In this document: positions 1-10,894 of the stretch, in pieces
How positions within the stretch are numbered: position 1 is the first letter of the stretch
How the letters are laid out: the number at the start of each line of letters is the position of its first letter
From: Pecten maximus
Taxonomy: Eukaryota
Reading direction: 5' to 3'
Assembly (NCBI RefSeq): GCF_902652985.1
Contig: NC_047030.1
Span: 5,332,001 to 5,396,000 of the forward strand
DNA length: 64,000 nucleotides
Program-made: the position numbers and the translations under genes
Notes under the pieces: model-generated
What the model was told of the DNA's origin: nothing
The model's database searches: none
The model's input: the letters and a program-made list of their open reading frames with translations, nothing else

Positions 1-17
1 TTACATAAATCACTTAC

Positions 18-80
18 CTTTGCATTGATATCGACAAACTTCGGGAGCTGAACAATTACTCTTACAGGAAGCAAGGATTC
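18..80 (-). CDS. Locus A 63-nt Cys exon (GILASCKSNCSAPEVCRYQCK); the gene continues beyond the left window edge
   Basis: Acceptor ttaattttag, donor G|gtaagt, 63 nt, phase 1-1. Same length, phase and C-x5-C-x3-C-x end as gene B exon 3. Confidence 0.8.
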
Positions 81-312
81 CTAAAATTAATTCATAAGTA
101 AAAGTATATAAATTAATGAGAGATGAGTTGTTAAACACTGCCTCTAAATATCTCTACTCCACTCCCTTTACTCGAGTGCCCTCTTATATATTTTCTTGCA
201 ACTTATCCTCAATTTAAAAAAAAAAAAAAAAAAAAGAGAGAAAAAAAAAGAAAGAAAATCTGTCTTGTAGGTCAAGTTTTCCAACTTAACTAAAAATACA
301 GGGTGAACCGAT

Positions 313-2337
313 ATTTTAAGGTCACCTGAGCCAAGCTCAGTGACCTTTTCCAATCCATCATCATCCGTCGTTAGTCACATTTTCGACTTCATCTAAAACA
401 ATTCTGAACAATCTTTTATTAAATTGTGCAGAAATCTCCCCAGGCTAAAGGTCTACCAAAACTGTAAATTATATTATCCCTATCCTCCAGGATCCAGAGG
501 GTGGTGGGGGAAAAAGTAGTCCAATAGACTGATATTTCAAAAAATCTTCTCAAGACACAGATATGGCAGAATGGTATATATTTTCATGGATAGAAGGTTC
601 GTTATCAAAATTGTAAATTCCATGGCCCCTGGGTGTCACATTCTCCCTGGGAAGGGGTAAATTTTACTATAGGTTATATAGGAAACTCCCATGTTTTAGC
701 ATAATGTGTTTCATTTTCATTTTATTTGGATAGCATTTGGTCAGGACTAATTTTCTCAATAACATAGTTACAAAGAATGTTATGGTCAAGGTCTTGTTAT
801 TGGGGTCGGAAGTAGGTCAAAAATAAAAATATCAAATTGGGCATATGAACGAACATGATCCATTGAATAAGAATATGCAAGTTATGTGATCATCCGACGT
901 AAAATAACAGAGATATGACAATTTGAAAAAAACAAGAGGCCCATGGGCCTTAACGGTCACCTGAGATTTGAAATATTTCGGTTAATCTAATTGACCCTTT
1001 TTGGCCACACCCATCAGTCTTAAGGGTCAATCAGGGCCAACCAACAAGTGCATACCATCAAACTGTTATACCATTCTGATAATGTTAACCAGGTTAGAAT
1101 GAGTTCCAATACAAATCCAACAAATAATAGTCAAAAATGTGATTTCCCTATAAAAACTCTAGTAAAGTTTACCCCCTCCCCAGGGGCAAACGCGAGACTC
1201 CAGGGTCATGAAATTCATAATTTTGGTAAAGCACTAAGAGACCCTTCAATCTATGAAAAGTAGTTGATTCTCTCTTATATGGGTATTGCAAGGAAGATGT
1301 TTGAAATTGCAGTCAGTTTGACCCTTTTTGGCCCCACCTCTCAGGCCCCTGCGGGGTGGGGACCATATAATTCTCAATTTTGGTTGACCTTCAGCCATGG
1401 AAATTTTTTGTCAAATTTCATTGAACTAGGTTGAGCGGTTTCGGAGAAGAAATTGAAAATGTAAATTGTTTACAAACAGACGACGCACGACGGACGACGC
1501 ACAACGACGGACAAAAAGCGATTAGAATAGGTCACTTGAGACTTCGTCTCAGGTGACCTAAACACTTACATAAAGCATTTTTTTCTCGCCAAAATTAAAA
1601 AATCATTTAAAATTGCAGAAAAAAGGTTTCTGCTCTTTGATGTATACACCTGAAGGTTTAAAGGCTAACTGTTTGGTACATCGATAGCATGCTGGCTGGC
1701 TAAAAATGTTATTCTTATCTTCTCAAGGTCACAGGGGTCAAATGACGAAAACGTTTTAAAATTCAAAACTCTTTCAAAATTCTTAATTTGGGGCACATTT
1801 TGTAGAACATGCAATTATAAAGATGTGTGCAATATTTCAAGCTAAAATGATAAAAAAATGACGCAGATATGGCTATTTAAAAAATAGAGATTCCCGCCAG
1901 AAATTAAAAATCATCCCAAACTGCAATAGTTATGTAAATAGTTGACCTTGACCAATAAAGTTCCAGGTCACAGTAATCAACTGACTGGGTTAAAGAACAG
2001 AGGTGAAGAGAAAACAAAGAGAAGCATAGGTATAGAATATGAATGTGACCATCAAATACTCTTTATGGATTGAAAGCTCTTAACATGATGTATCAAAATT
2101 GTAAATTCCACTGCCCATAGGTTTCATGTTTCTCTCTGAAGAGGTGCTAAGCTTTGCTATAGTTTATGCAGGGAAATCACATTTTGATGGAAATTATTCA
2201 TATTTTAGAATTATGAGGCCGAAACTATACTACTAAATGCATTCATTTATGAACTTTTTAGAAATACATCGTTAATACATAAAGTATAGTTATATGTTTA
2301 AGTCTCAAGTGACCGCCAAGGCCTAAGGGGCTCTTGC
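313..2337 (+). mobile_element. HINE/Helentron-like non-autonomous element (outer), interrupted by a second copy
   Basis: 5' end ttttaaggtcacctgagccaagctcagtgacc followed by a cgtc-type tract. 3' end ctcaagtgaccg...ggcctaaggggctcttg is a degenerate sub-TIR plus palindrome. Confidence 0.55.
931..1562 (-). mobile_element. HINE/Helentron-like element (inner, opposite orientation)
   Basis: aacaagaggcccatgggcc palindrome plus ggtcacctgag sub-TIR at the left; gacgac microsatellite and aggtcacttgag...ctcaggtgaccta inverted pair at the right. Confidence 0.75.
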
Positions 2338-2586
2338 CTTAATATATCTTCTCCAATAATTAAAATTTTTCTTTTATTATTTTTTGTTAAAGTATGGATT
2401 CAAGACAATTAGCATGTAAAGCATATTGATAAGAAAATGATTGAGCAAAGAACACTCATCAATTTTCATGACAATCGGTTCATTGAATGGCTTCATTTTA
2501 CATTTTTTACAAGAACAAAGAGCTGCCTGCATAAATAAAGAGAACTATTGTGTTGTTTGGTTTAGTATCTAATTACAATTTCTTAC

Positions 2587-2616
2587 CTGTCTTAGGAGCT
2601 CTTCGTTTACGGCCCG
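2587..2616 (-). CDS. Locus A 30-nt microexon encoding a convertase site (AGRKRRAPKT)
   Basis: Acceptor tcttatgcttgcag, donor G|gtaaga, phase 1-1. R-K-R-R furin consensus preceded by Gly. Confidence 0.75.
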
Positions 2617-3615
2617 CTGCAAGCATAAGAGCATCCCATTACACCTTTTCGTAACAACTCAACATATCACAAACCACACACATTGTATATAGGTTGATAT
2701 ACGCAACAGCAAAATAAAGTTTTTGATCTTAATTTTTAAGAAAATATAAAAGCCACTTTTGATGCGGCGATGCTTTTTTGAAAGAATGGAATTAGGTTAG
2801 CAATCTCGATGCTCAAAATAAGTACGCAAGTCGTCTGTTTTTTCAGACCGTCGCAATCTGTATTCGTGTGGAAATCATTTTTCATGAAAATCAGATTTTG
2901 TGTATTAAATGAAAATTATTTGAACATATGACAGAGTTCATTGTTGTTATTTGGAGGCAAATGTGTAAGACGTTATATTTCTTGAAGGTGGATAAAGTGT
3001 ACATCTTTGCCATAACTCTTTGCCTTATATATTTGCTCACGTGTTACGAATAGCACCCGAGCTTTAAACTATTAATCCACAGAGAAATGTTTAATGTTTT
3101 ATTAAAATTGTTTTGCATGACGTATACATCTTTTTTGCTTAGCAAGCTGTATCGATTTGAGATTCAACATACCTACTATAAAGATTTAATTAGGGGTGCC
3201 ATGGATTCATTAATAATCAATATAATATTCAAGGAAATTAAAAATGACTTATTATATTAGGATTATATGTGGGACCTCCATATATAGTAAGGGATAATTG
3301 TAGTCCTTTTACCCATACAATTTAAATGGTGAATATGGCACATATTAAACATTTCTATTTTAAGATACAATCCAAATTTGCAACAATGCTATTTACAGAC
3401 ATAAGTACATTTATTGGAGATCCAAAAAATTCTAGTGATACATCATGATATATATTTTTACATTTCAATGCTTTATAAAAGGACTTTTAAGTTACAAGGT
3501 TCGTTAAATCCTAAATCAACTTTGCTCTTGACAATAGGTTAAACAGTACGATTTAAATCCAAAATATGGCAAAGATAAAATAAATACAAATTAGTACTCA
3601 CAATTTCAAACCTAC

Positions 3616-3648
3616 CACGATCTGTTTTTGCCTTGGGCCATCGCGCAC
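3616..3648 (-). CDS. Possible 33-nt microexon (GARWPKAKTDR)
   Basis: Donor G|gtaggt, weak acceptor atcacattag, phase 1-1, open frame, 79-nt upstream intron. Confidence 0.35.
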
Positions 3649-3727
3649 CTAATGTGATATCATTGCAATTTGTACTTTTTAATTTCACTTTCGATGTTTA
3701 TTCATAAAGTTATGCAGGAAACTCTAC

Positions 3728-3910
3728 CTGCTAGTGTTGTTGCTGCTGGTGCTGGTGTTGTTGCTGCTGGTGCTGATGTTGTTGCTGCTTTTGTTGTTGG
3801 CACTGCCGTTGTCGTTAGTTTTGTTGGATCTACACATTGTGGTTCGGCGCATTTACCGTTATTTACACATGTCTCATGTAATGTAGCTGTTTGTGAACAA
3901 ATGGTACCAC
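3728..3910 (-). CDS. Locus A exon: 4-Cys half-domain plus Thr/Ala/Pro linker (GTICSQTATLHETCVNNGKCAEPQCVDPTKLTTTAVPTTKAATTSAPAATTPAPAATTLA)
   Basis: Acceptor aattctgttacag, donor G|gtagag, 183 nt, phase 1-1. Overlaps ORF 3702..3947. Confidence 0.85.
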
Positions 3911-5029
3911 CTGTAACAGAATTTTCCCTAAAAAATTTCATTGACACACTGAGAATGAGATTGTGGATTCACTAATGTAACATTAAAACTGTTTCTCATT
4001 CAAGACAAAACTGATTTGCGTAATTGTATTATTTGGGGTTTGTATGCTATGTGAAGAATGAGATCACACATAAAGTAGCATAAATAAGGTCTCAAACAAC
4101 AAAAATGCACATGACACTATCGCTTTCTTATCCTTGCACTTTAATTATAGTTTTTTTTTAAATCTCACTTTCTCTCAACACCAAATACAATTTTCGTTCT
4201 TTGACAAAGCCGTTTTTGAAATGGAAAAAAAACCCCTCATAATACGTAGACTTGAATCATGACTGTAGCAGCGTACAATCTACGTAAGATAGTAGCCTCG
4301 CTCTCGATGTTATTGCATCACTCGCTCAAATATAGTCTTTAGACGGGATGAATACGAAAAGAATATTCCTAGTCAAGCCGGTCATTCACTGTCAAATAAA
4401 GTCAATAGAAGCAGAAATTGACAGTTGTTGTTGAGTAATCTGAATCGCCGACATTTATTCCGTGGGAGATCAACACATTAAACATCTGCTCGTCGTCGTT
4501 TAAAAAACAAATATACACCGATAATATTGTCCACTCTCTCGGTATCTCGGTATAATTTAAATTAATTTGTTAAAATTTGTAAATGAACGAACTTTGGTCA
4601 CAATCGTTTGATGGTGGCGTTCAAATGCTTCCTTACTTCTGTTTCTCATTATCATTTTTTTTCATACAAAATGATATATTCAGCTTACATCTGCATGTAA
4701 TACAGCACATATTGAAATGTATGGTGTTGGGTAATAAAAGCCGAATCTCGAATCCTGCTCCACCTTTCATGACAGGTAATTAATAATACAAGTGTGAACA
4801 TTATTTACGATAAACTTTGAAGTACTTTACTTCGATAAAGATTTACCGAGAACAAATATTCCTAGCCCCTGTTCCCTTGTGGTCCGATGTTCATCGGTCC
4901 GCCCGTAAACGCTTTTTACCTCCATATTCATACAAAACTATACGACGGATCTGTCTCAACTTCAAATTCAGCTTCTGACTTAGCTGTGTTAAATCGTTAG
5001 TCTGATCTATAACAGTGAATGGCCGACAG

Positions 5030-5545
5030 TTTGGTTTTATTTGTTTAACGTCCTATTAACAGCTAAGGTCCTTTAAGGACGGTTTCCCGTGTTTGCGATA
5101 TGCATGCGTATGGTGCGTGCGGATGTGTGTTTTGGGAGGCTGCAGTATGTTTGTGTTAAGTCTCCTTGTGATAGGCCGGAACTTTTGCCGGTCCATAGTG
5201 CTACCTTACTGAAGCATACTGCCGAAGACACCCAGCAGGATACCCCACCCGGTCACATTATACTGAAAACGGGCCAAACAGTCACCCCACTTCCAAATTG
5301 TTGAGCGTTAAGCAGGAGAAGCAACTACCATTTTTAATGGACTCTAGTATGTCACAGCATGGGGACAGAACCAAAAGCCTTCCTCACAGGGGAGAACGCT
5401 CAACTGATGACGGAAAAAGAGGCATTGTCAAGGGAGACATTAGGAAGAAGAAAGTTGTTCAGAAAGAAGGGAAAACATAAAATCTCAAATTTAGTCGCCT
5501 CTTACGATCATGTAATGGGGGCAGCAGGTAAAATTCTTACGCTGG
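5030..5545 (-). mobile_element. tRNA-derived SINE with a Meta/MESC-like central domain
   Basis: On the minus strand: tRNA-like agttgagcgttctcccctgtgaggaaggcttttggttctgtcccc, then gacatactagagtccattaaaaatggtagttgcttctcctgcttaacgctcaaca, and tail ggacgttaaacaaataaaaccaaa. Domain assignment is from recall. Confidence 0.7.
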
Positions 5546-6349
5546 GCAGGTGGCCATCTTTGATTATCGCTATTTCTGGAGGTTTACGAGGAGGATATCC
5601 CCAAAACTTCATATGTATGAGCTAAATAATCGGTAGGCGGTCATTTTTAATGTTCGCAATAAAAAATTCTAGAGAACGAATTGGAAGAATATGTTCTCGA
5701 AATTCAGAAGGTTTTCCTTTGTCCCTAGTTGTGCAAATTATATTCTAAGTCTGATCTAAGAAACAAAATGGCCGACAGTCGGCCTTCTTTTGATTTTACA
5801 GTTAAAGTTTGTGATAGCCGTTTCTACAGATGTGCCGGGACCATTTTTTCCTTAAACTTATAACTATGTAAGCTACACTCGGTCCTATGGTGTGTGCCCT
5901 TTTGAATTTGGGTATGATGTTTACATTTAGTATAGACTTTCTTTTTTCATTTTAAGCATTTTAAATTCATGCAATAAACAATACGATACTGGAAATAGGG
6001 ACAAGTGTCACAGACACCTCGGTCAACCCATCACCATTACTAAATAACAACTTAAAGTCTTTGGTAAATGGTAACATCATTAACTAATATACCAGCACTC
6101 GCAAACACTCACGTTTACCAAATTATTAATGGAAAACAGAATTAATCCAGCCATTTTTGCAATCGAAGACTGATATCGTTATTCCATCAAAAAAGGCAGG
6201 GAGGATTTTTATCAGTTCTTATGAAGGTTTCCCAAGGTCACATATCTTGCTCATTTGGTTTTTTATTTGTTAAAAATTTTTATTTGCACTTAAGTTTTGC
6301 TATTTCTGATTCACAAAAAAATATAACATTTTATATATAGGTACTGTAG

Positions 6350-9300
6350 TACGGAAGCCGAATAGGACCAATATAAAAACAATAACTTAGTTGGTATCAT
6401 TAAAAAATAAATAAAAAATCCCGTATATACGAGTTTATTTCTCGTATATACGAGATTATTTCTCGTAATAACGAGATTGTTTCTCGTATATACGAGTTTC
6501 TTTCTCGTATATACGAGATTATTTCTCGTAATAACGAGTTTGTTTCTCGTATATACGAGATTATTTCTCGTATATACGAGTTTCTTTCTCGTAATAACGC
6601 GTTTATTTCTCGTATTACATGTAACAGTGTGCTCCATCATGAAACCGGAACTTATTTAGTACAACTCTACGGAATGGCAGTTGTAACCGACACAGTGGAA
6701 TGTTGCTCTTACAAGGGCTTTAGTAACGATGATATACTGTCGTCTTTGGCGATTTCGTCTTACTGTGTTATTAGGAGATAGACACTGAAAAGGTTCTTAT
6801 GGCAGCAATATTTGTCAAGAAGGAAAAACCACTCATATACTCATAAACATATCTACTTCTACTAACATTATGTAGCAACACGTTTTAAGTCTGATATTTA
6901 ATAAATACATCTAGTGACGCTGTCTTCGACAGTGTGACCAGTAGCAACACAGACATGTGTGAAGACTATGAAAGGCCGTTCATGTCAAAACCTAGTACCA
7001 TTTAACGCGTTAAACATAACATTTAAGATTTAACGAGTCCTTTAAATACGTAGTAGATATATGAAACAAGGTATTCGATTGTTTCTGTTATGTTAGTCAT
7101 TTTAACGCGTTAAAACAAAAGCTACGACTTTAAACGCGTTAAACGAACAAAATTAAACGCGTTAGAATTCCAAGAAAACATCGTGTTAAGATTTACCGCT
7201 TTAAATGTGTTTAACACGTTAAATGCTAACGCGTTAAATGTATCTCGTTTTTGACATGAACGGCCTTTTATAGAATACGATCTGGAAATGAGATTTGAGG
7301 TTGATGACTTTGGCGAATATTGTCGACAAGAAGTCGGAATCCAAAAATATAAGTTTGAGCTTTTAAGAAAATTAAATTTTAGCGAAATGGACTCTGAAAA
7401 TGACCGCTTGGATAACACAGACTGATGTAGATGGATGTTATACACGATCCAATAATCAGCCAATCACCAATACACAAAATATAAATGTATTAACCATTCC
7501 TTACTCTTTACTATAAAAAGGAATACCGCATCAACATTAGTTTTTTTTTGTAAAATAATATGTCATTTTATTTGCAAATTAATATTCAAATAAACATACC
7601 AACAAAACAACAGTTCTGGATACTTAGGTTTGTGTGACAAGACGATACACACGTACAGTAAAGTTATGCATTGTATTCTATACAAAAACCCGCGCATGAA
7701 GGACACTACTTTCAAAAAGTAAAAAAAGTAATGTATTGTATAGATTCATAGTGAGATCTACAATAGACTTAATCTCTCCCGTATGAAAACCAGTGTTGGA
7801 ACCTACAACGTACTTCTATAGATACAGATCAATTTTAGACAATTCTTCAAGTGGATTTCAAACGTATCCATTGCTGTTTTGGCTAGTAAGAATTCAAATT
7901 CTTCAGCATTTATTAAACTTCTATTACTAGAAGTATTATAAGCGAAATACATATTTGTGTGCAACAAACCTCATTATAAAGGATATAATATTAAGTCGTT
8001 ACATATTTTGTAACGGCCCGTTATAATAGAACATTATTCTAACGTTATACATGTTATATACGACCCATTGAAATAGAAAATCACAAATTTTACATGTTAT
8101 ATACGACCCGTTATAATGGAATATTAGTAAGATGATACTCGTCGTATTTGGCCCGTTATAATAGAAAATAAGGAAGATCTTACATGTTGTATACTGCCAG
8201 TTTTAAAAGAAAATTATGTCCCAGGTTTCGGTAGCACTTATTATCAACTTATTCACAAATATTACTCAAAACGTTTATCCAGCACTTACATGATTTTTGT
8301 CTAATTTGTATAAATTGCAGGCACGTGTTCACGTTTGTTTCTATATATTTTCTTTCTGGCGGCTCTGATTCCTTTAAACCTGTGACGTCACAGGTCATAG
8401 GTCACCAAAACGAGGTCAACGACTTTGGGCTTCAGGTGTGTTTTCGAGAAAAATTGCAATAACTCTAAAACTAAAGTCGTCATAAAAGTCGCACTTTCAG
8501 CATTTTTAGTTTCATCCTAAATTACATTTTATAAGCTAAATATAGCAAATCGTTCCGGGTACACTAGCTTATTATGACGAACAACCTACTTAAAAGTTGT
8601 CTTCGCAACTTTTATATATCACACTAGCGACTCAAATGAAGCTTCTATATCATAATATCGTATTCATTATATCAGTTAAGTTGTTATGTGACTTAATTTA
8701 TGTAAATTTGGTGATAACCGAATTTCCATATCGCGATAACGAAAAAAAAGAACTCGCAAGTTAGATAGTTCAAACCAGAAAGAATCCCGTATATACGAGA
8801 AATAATCTCGTATATACGAGAATTAATCTCGTATATATGAGAATTAATCTCGTATATACGAGAAAGAATCCCGTATATACGAGAATTAATCTCGTATATA
8901 CGAGAAATAAACTCGTTATTACGAGAAATAATCTCGTTATTACGAGAAAGAATCCCGTATATACGATAATTAATCTCGTATATACGAGAAATAAACTCGT
9001 TATTACGAGAAATAATCTCGTTATTACGAGAAATAAACTCGTATATACGAGAAATAATCTCGTATATACGAGAAATAATCTCGTTATTACGAGAAATAAA
9101 CTCGTATATACGAGAAAGAATCCCGTATATACGAGAAATAAACTCGTATATACGAGAAAGAAACTCGTATATACGAGAAAGAATCCCGTATATACGAGAA
9201 ATAAACTCGTATATACGAGAAATAATCTCGTATATACGAGAAAGAAACTCGTTATTACGAGAAATAATCTCGTATTTACGAGAAATAATCTCGTATATAC

Positions 9301-9372
9301 GAGATTTTTTATTTATTTTTTAATGATACCAACTGAGTTAATTTTTTTCATTGGTCCTATTCGGCTTCCGTA
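6350..9372 (+). mobile_element. IS3EU-like TIR element remnant with ~70-bp TIRs and inverted 21-bp subterminal arrays
   Basis: Ends TACGGAAGCCGAATAGGACCAAT ... ATTGGTCCTATTCGGCTTCCGTA. Arrays of tacgagaaataatctcgtata at 6420-6615 and 8780-9305. Relic peptide at about 6715-6835 (GFSNDDILSSLAISSYCVIRR*TLKRFLWQQYLSRRKNHS) resembles the N-terminus of IS3EU-type transposases. No matching 6-bp TSD visible. Confidence 0.7.
6974..7265. mobile_element. MITE (~290 bp) nested in the IS3EU-like element
   Basis: TIR ggccgttcatgtcaaaa / ttttgacatgaacggcc, with several internal ttaacgcgttaa palindromes. Confidence 0.75.
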
Positions 9373-10241
9373 GTTATTTAATCACGAGCCAAAATTATGT
9401 TATTCATTTTGTTGAGCAAATAATCTTACGGCAAGACAGTACAATCAAATTGAATTATTGGTCATGCAGAGAGCTCATTCGAACACTTTTAATAAAGCAG
9501 GAAGTACCATTAATGTAATAAAATGTTTGATTTGAGTTAGAACGTTTGAATGAAGTCTTAACAGTTGAAATATGGTAAAATTTAATGTGAATAATTCATT
9601 TTCGATTTCAACAAATTAAATTGAAAAAGAAAAAGGATCAAACAACTGGCATAGCCTGTGTAAGTTATCTATTCGATAAACAACTAGTATATGATATATA
9701 TACATTAAACATAATGTGATGTAATAACAAAATGAAGCAAACAGCATAAACCGATCAAAATAAATTGTCTGCTTGGAAAAATAATCCATTTTGATCAAGA
9801 TACTGTACCTAACATGTGGTGAAACAAGCGTTCACTAAGTTTAAAATGATTCCATACAAAAAATGTGCATCTGATAGCTTTATTCATGAAAATTTAATCA
9901 TAATGAAATTATATCCCAATGAAAAGGGGAGTTTGTTGGATGATATCCTTGTAAGGGAATATAGTAATTGCAATATGTAATCATTTGAATTTAGTGCATT
10001 AATTCATATCTTTAAGAAGAAAACCAATGTGCCGTATGGTTAGTCAATTACATTATAGTATTGCGTGAGTACATAGAATATTCTTGTCAAGGGGTTCTCT
10101 TGCACTCTATATTACTCGATATATTTCTATTTGAAGGATTTGGCTGACAACGACCACACTACGTAGGATGTTTGGTAACAAATATCCACATAAAAACATT
10201 TATAATTATAAAAATAATAGGCAACATAGTTTTACTGCATT

Positions 10242-10247
10242 TTTATT
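10242..10247 (-). terminator. Candidate polyadenylation signal AATAAA for gene B
   Basis: First AATAAA I found on the minus strand downstream of the stop codon (about 575 nt). Weak evidence in AT-rich DNA. Confidence 0.35.
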
Positions 10248-10820
10248 TTAGATTATAAACACAAATAAGTATATGATATCACAGCACAAGGTTGACCAAA
10301 TTAGACAAATGTATTGTCGATACATAACTTGAACATTTACAAAACGATTATGAACATATCATCAAATTTCCATAAATTAATTTAGTTACTTTTACAATCA
10401 TTTACAAATTCAATCATATAAAAGACCTAAAGAACTTAAAATCCAAATTACGATAAGAATTGTCTTCACTTCCAAGTAGATGAATATACTATTATGAAAA
10501 GGTTTACTTTTATATCAAATTAAATGAATTGTCTTAGCTACTAAATCTACTATCTGCATTTGAAAGAAAAATTGGTGATTGGAAAAATTAATGTATTATC
10601 TTGGAGGTATTTAAGTTACATCTTTGAAGATCATTACGATTGCTAGCTTAGATGTCACATGAAACGTATAAAAATCTCATATGTACGAACAAATGGCGTA
10701 CTCTCAATTTTTTTCCGTTCCAATCACATCATGTAAGTTGTGGTAAAATGTCATCCGTCATTGTGTTCAGTAAGCAATTCCATTGGCGTCGGGATGACAA
10801 ATGCTGTCTACAATAATCTA

Positions 10821-10894
10821 TCAGGGACTCAGGAACAGCTTTGTGACGACCCCAAATATCAGTATGAGGGGAGAGAATCTGTGGACGTCATTAC
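10821..10894 (-). CDS. Gene B terminal coding exon: GPI-signal-like tail GNDVHRFSPLILIFGVVTKLFLSP*
   Basis: Acceptor tatatgcttcag, phase 1, TGA at 10823-10821. The junction creates N-S-G (small omega, omega+1, omega+2 residues), followed by a short spacer and a C-terminal hydrophobic stretch with no cytoplasmic tail. Confidence 0.75.

Noticed and set aside
3670-3975. Plus-strand Val/Ala-rich 101-aa ORF
   Set aside because: Antisense shadow of the minus-strand Thr/Ala-rich exon.
4689-4754. 66-nt candidate first-half Cys exon ending MCCITCR|gtaagc
   Set aside because: Purine-rich acceptor and the two upstream cysteines are missing; probably chance.
5355-5410. tRNA gene
   Set aside because: Degenerate tRNA-like head of a SINE; no complete cloverleaf.
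6093-6154. Possible signal-peptide exon for locus A (MAGLILFSINNLVNVSVCEC)
   Set aside because: Available donors give phase 0 or 2, not the required phase 1, and the core is weakly hydrophobic. At most a decayed relic.
8837-9373. 178-aa repetitive ORF (and 6311..6640)
   Set aside because: Translation of the 21-bp subterminal transposon repeats.
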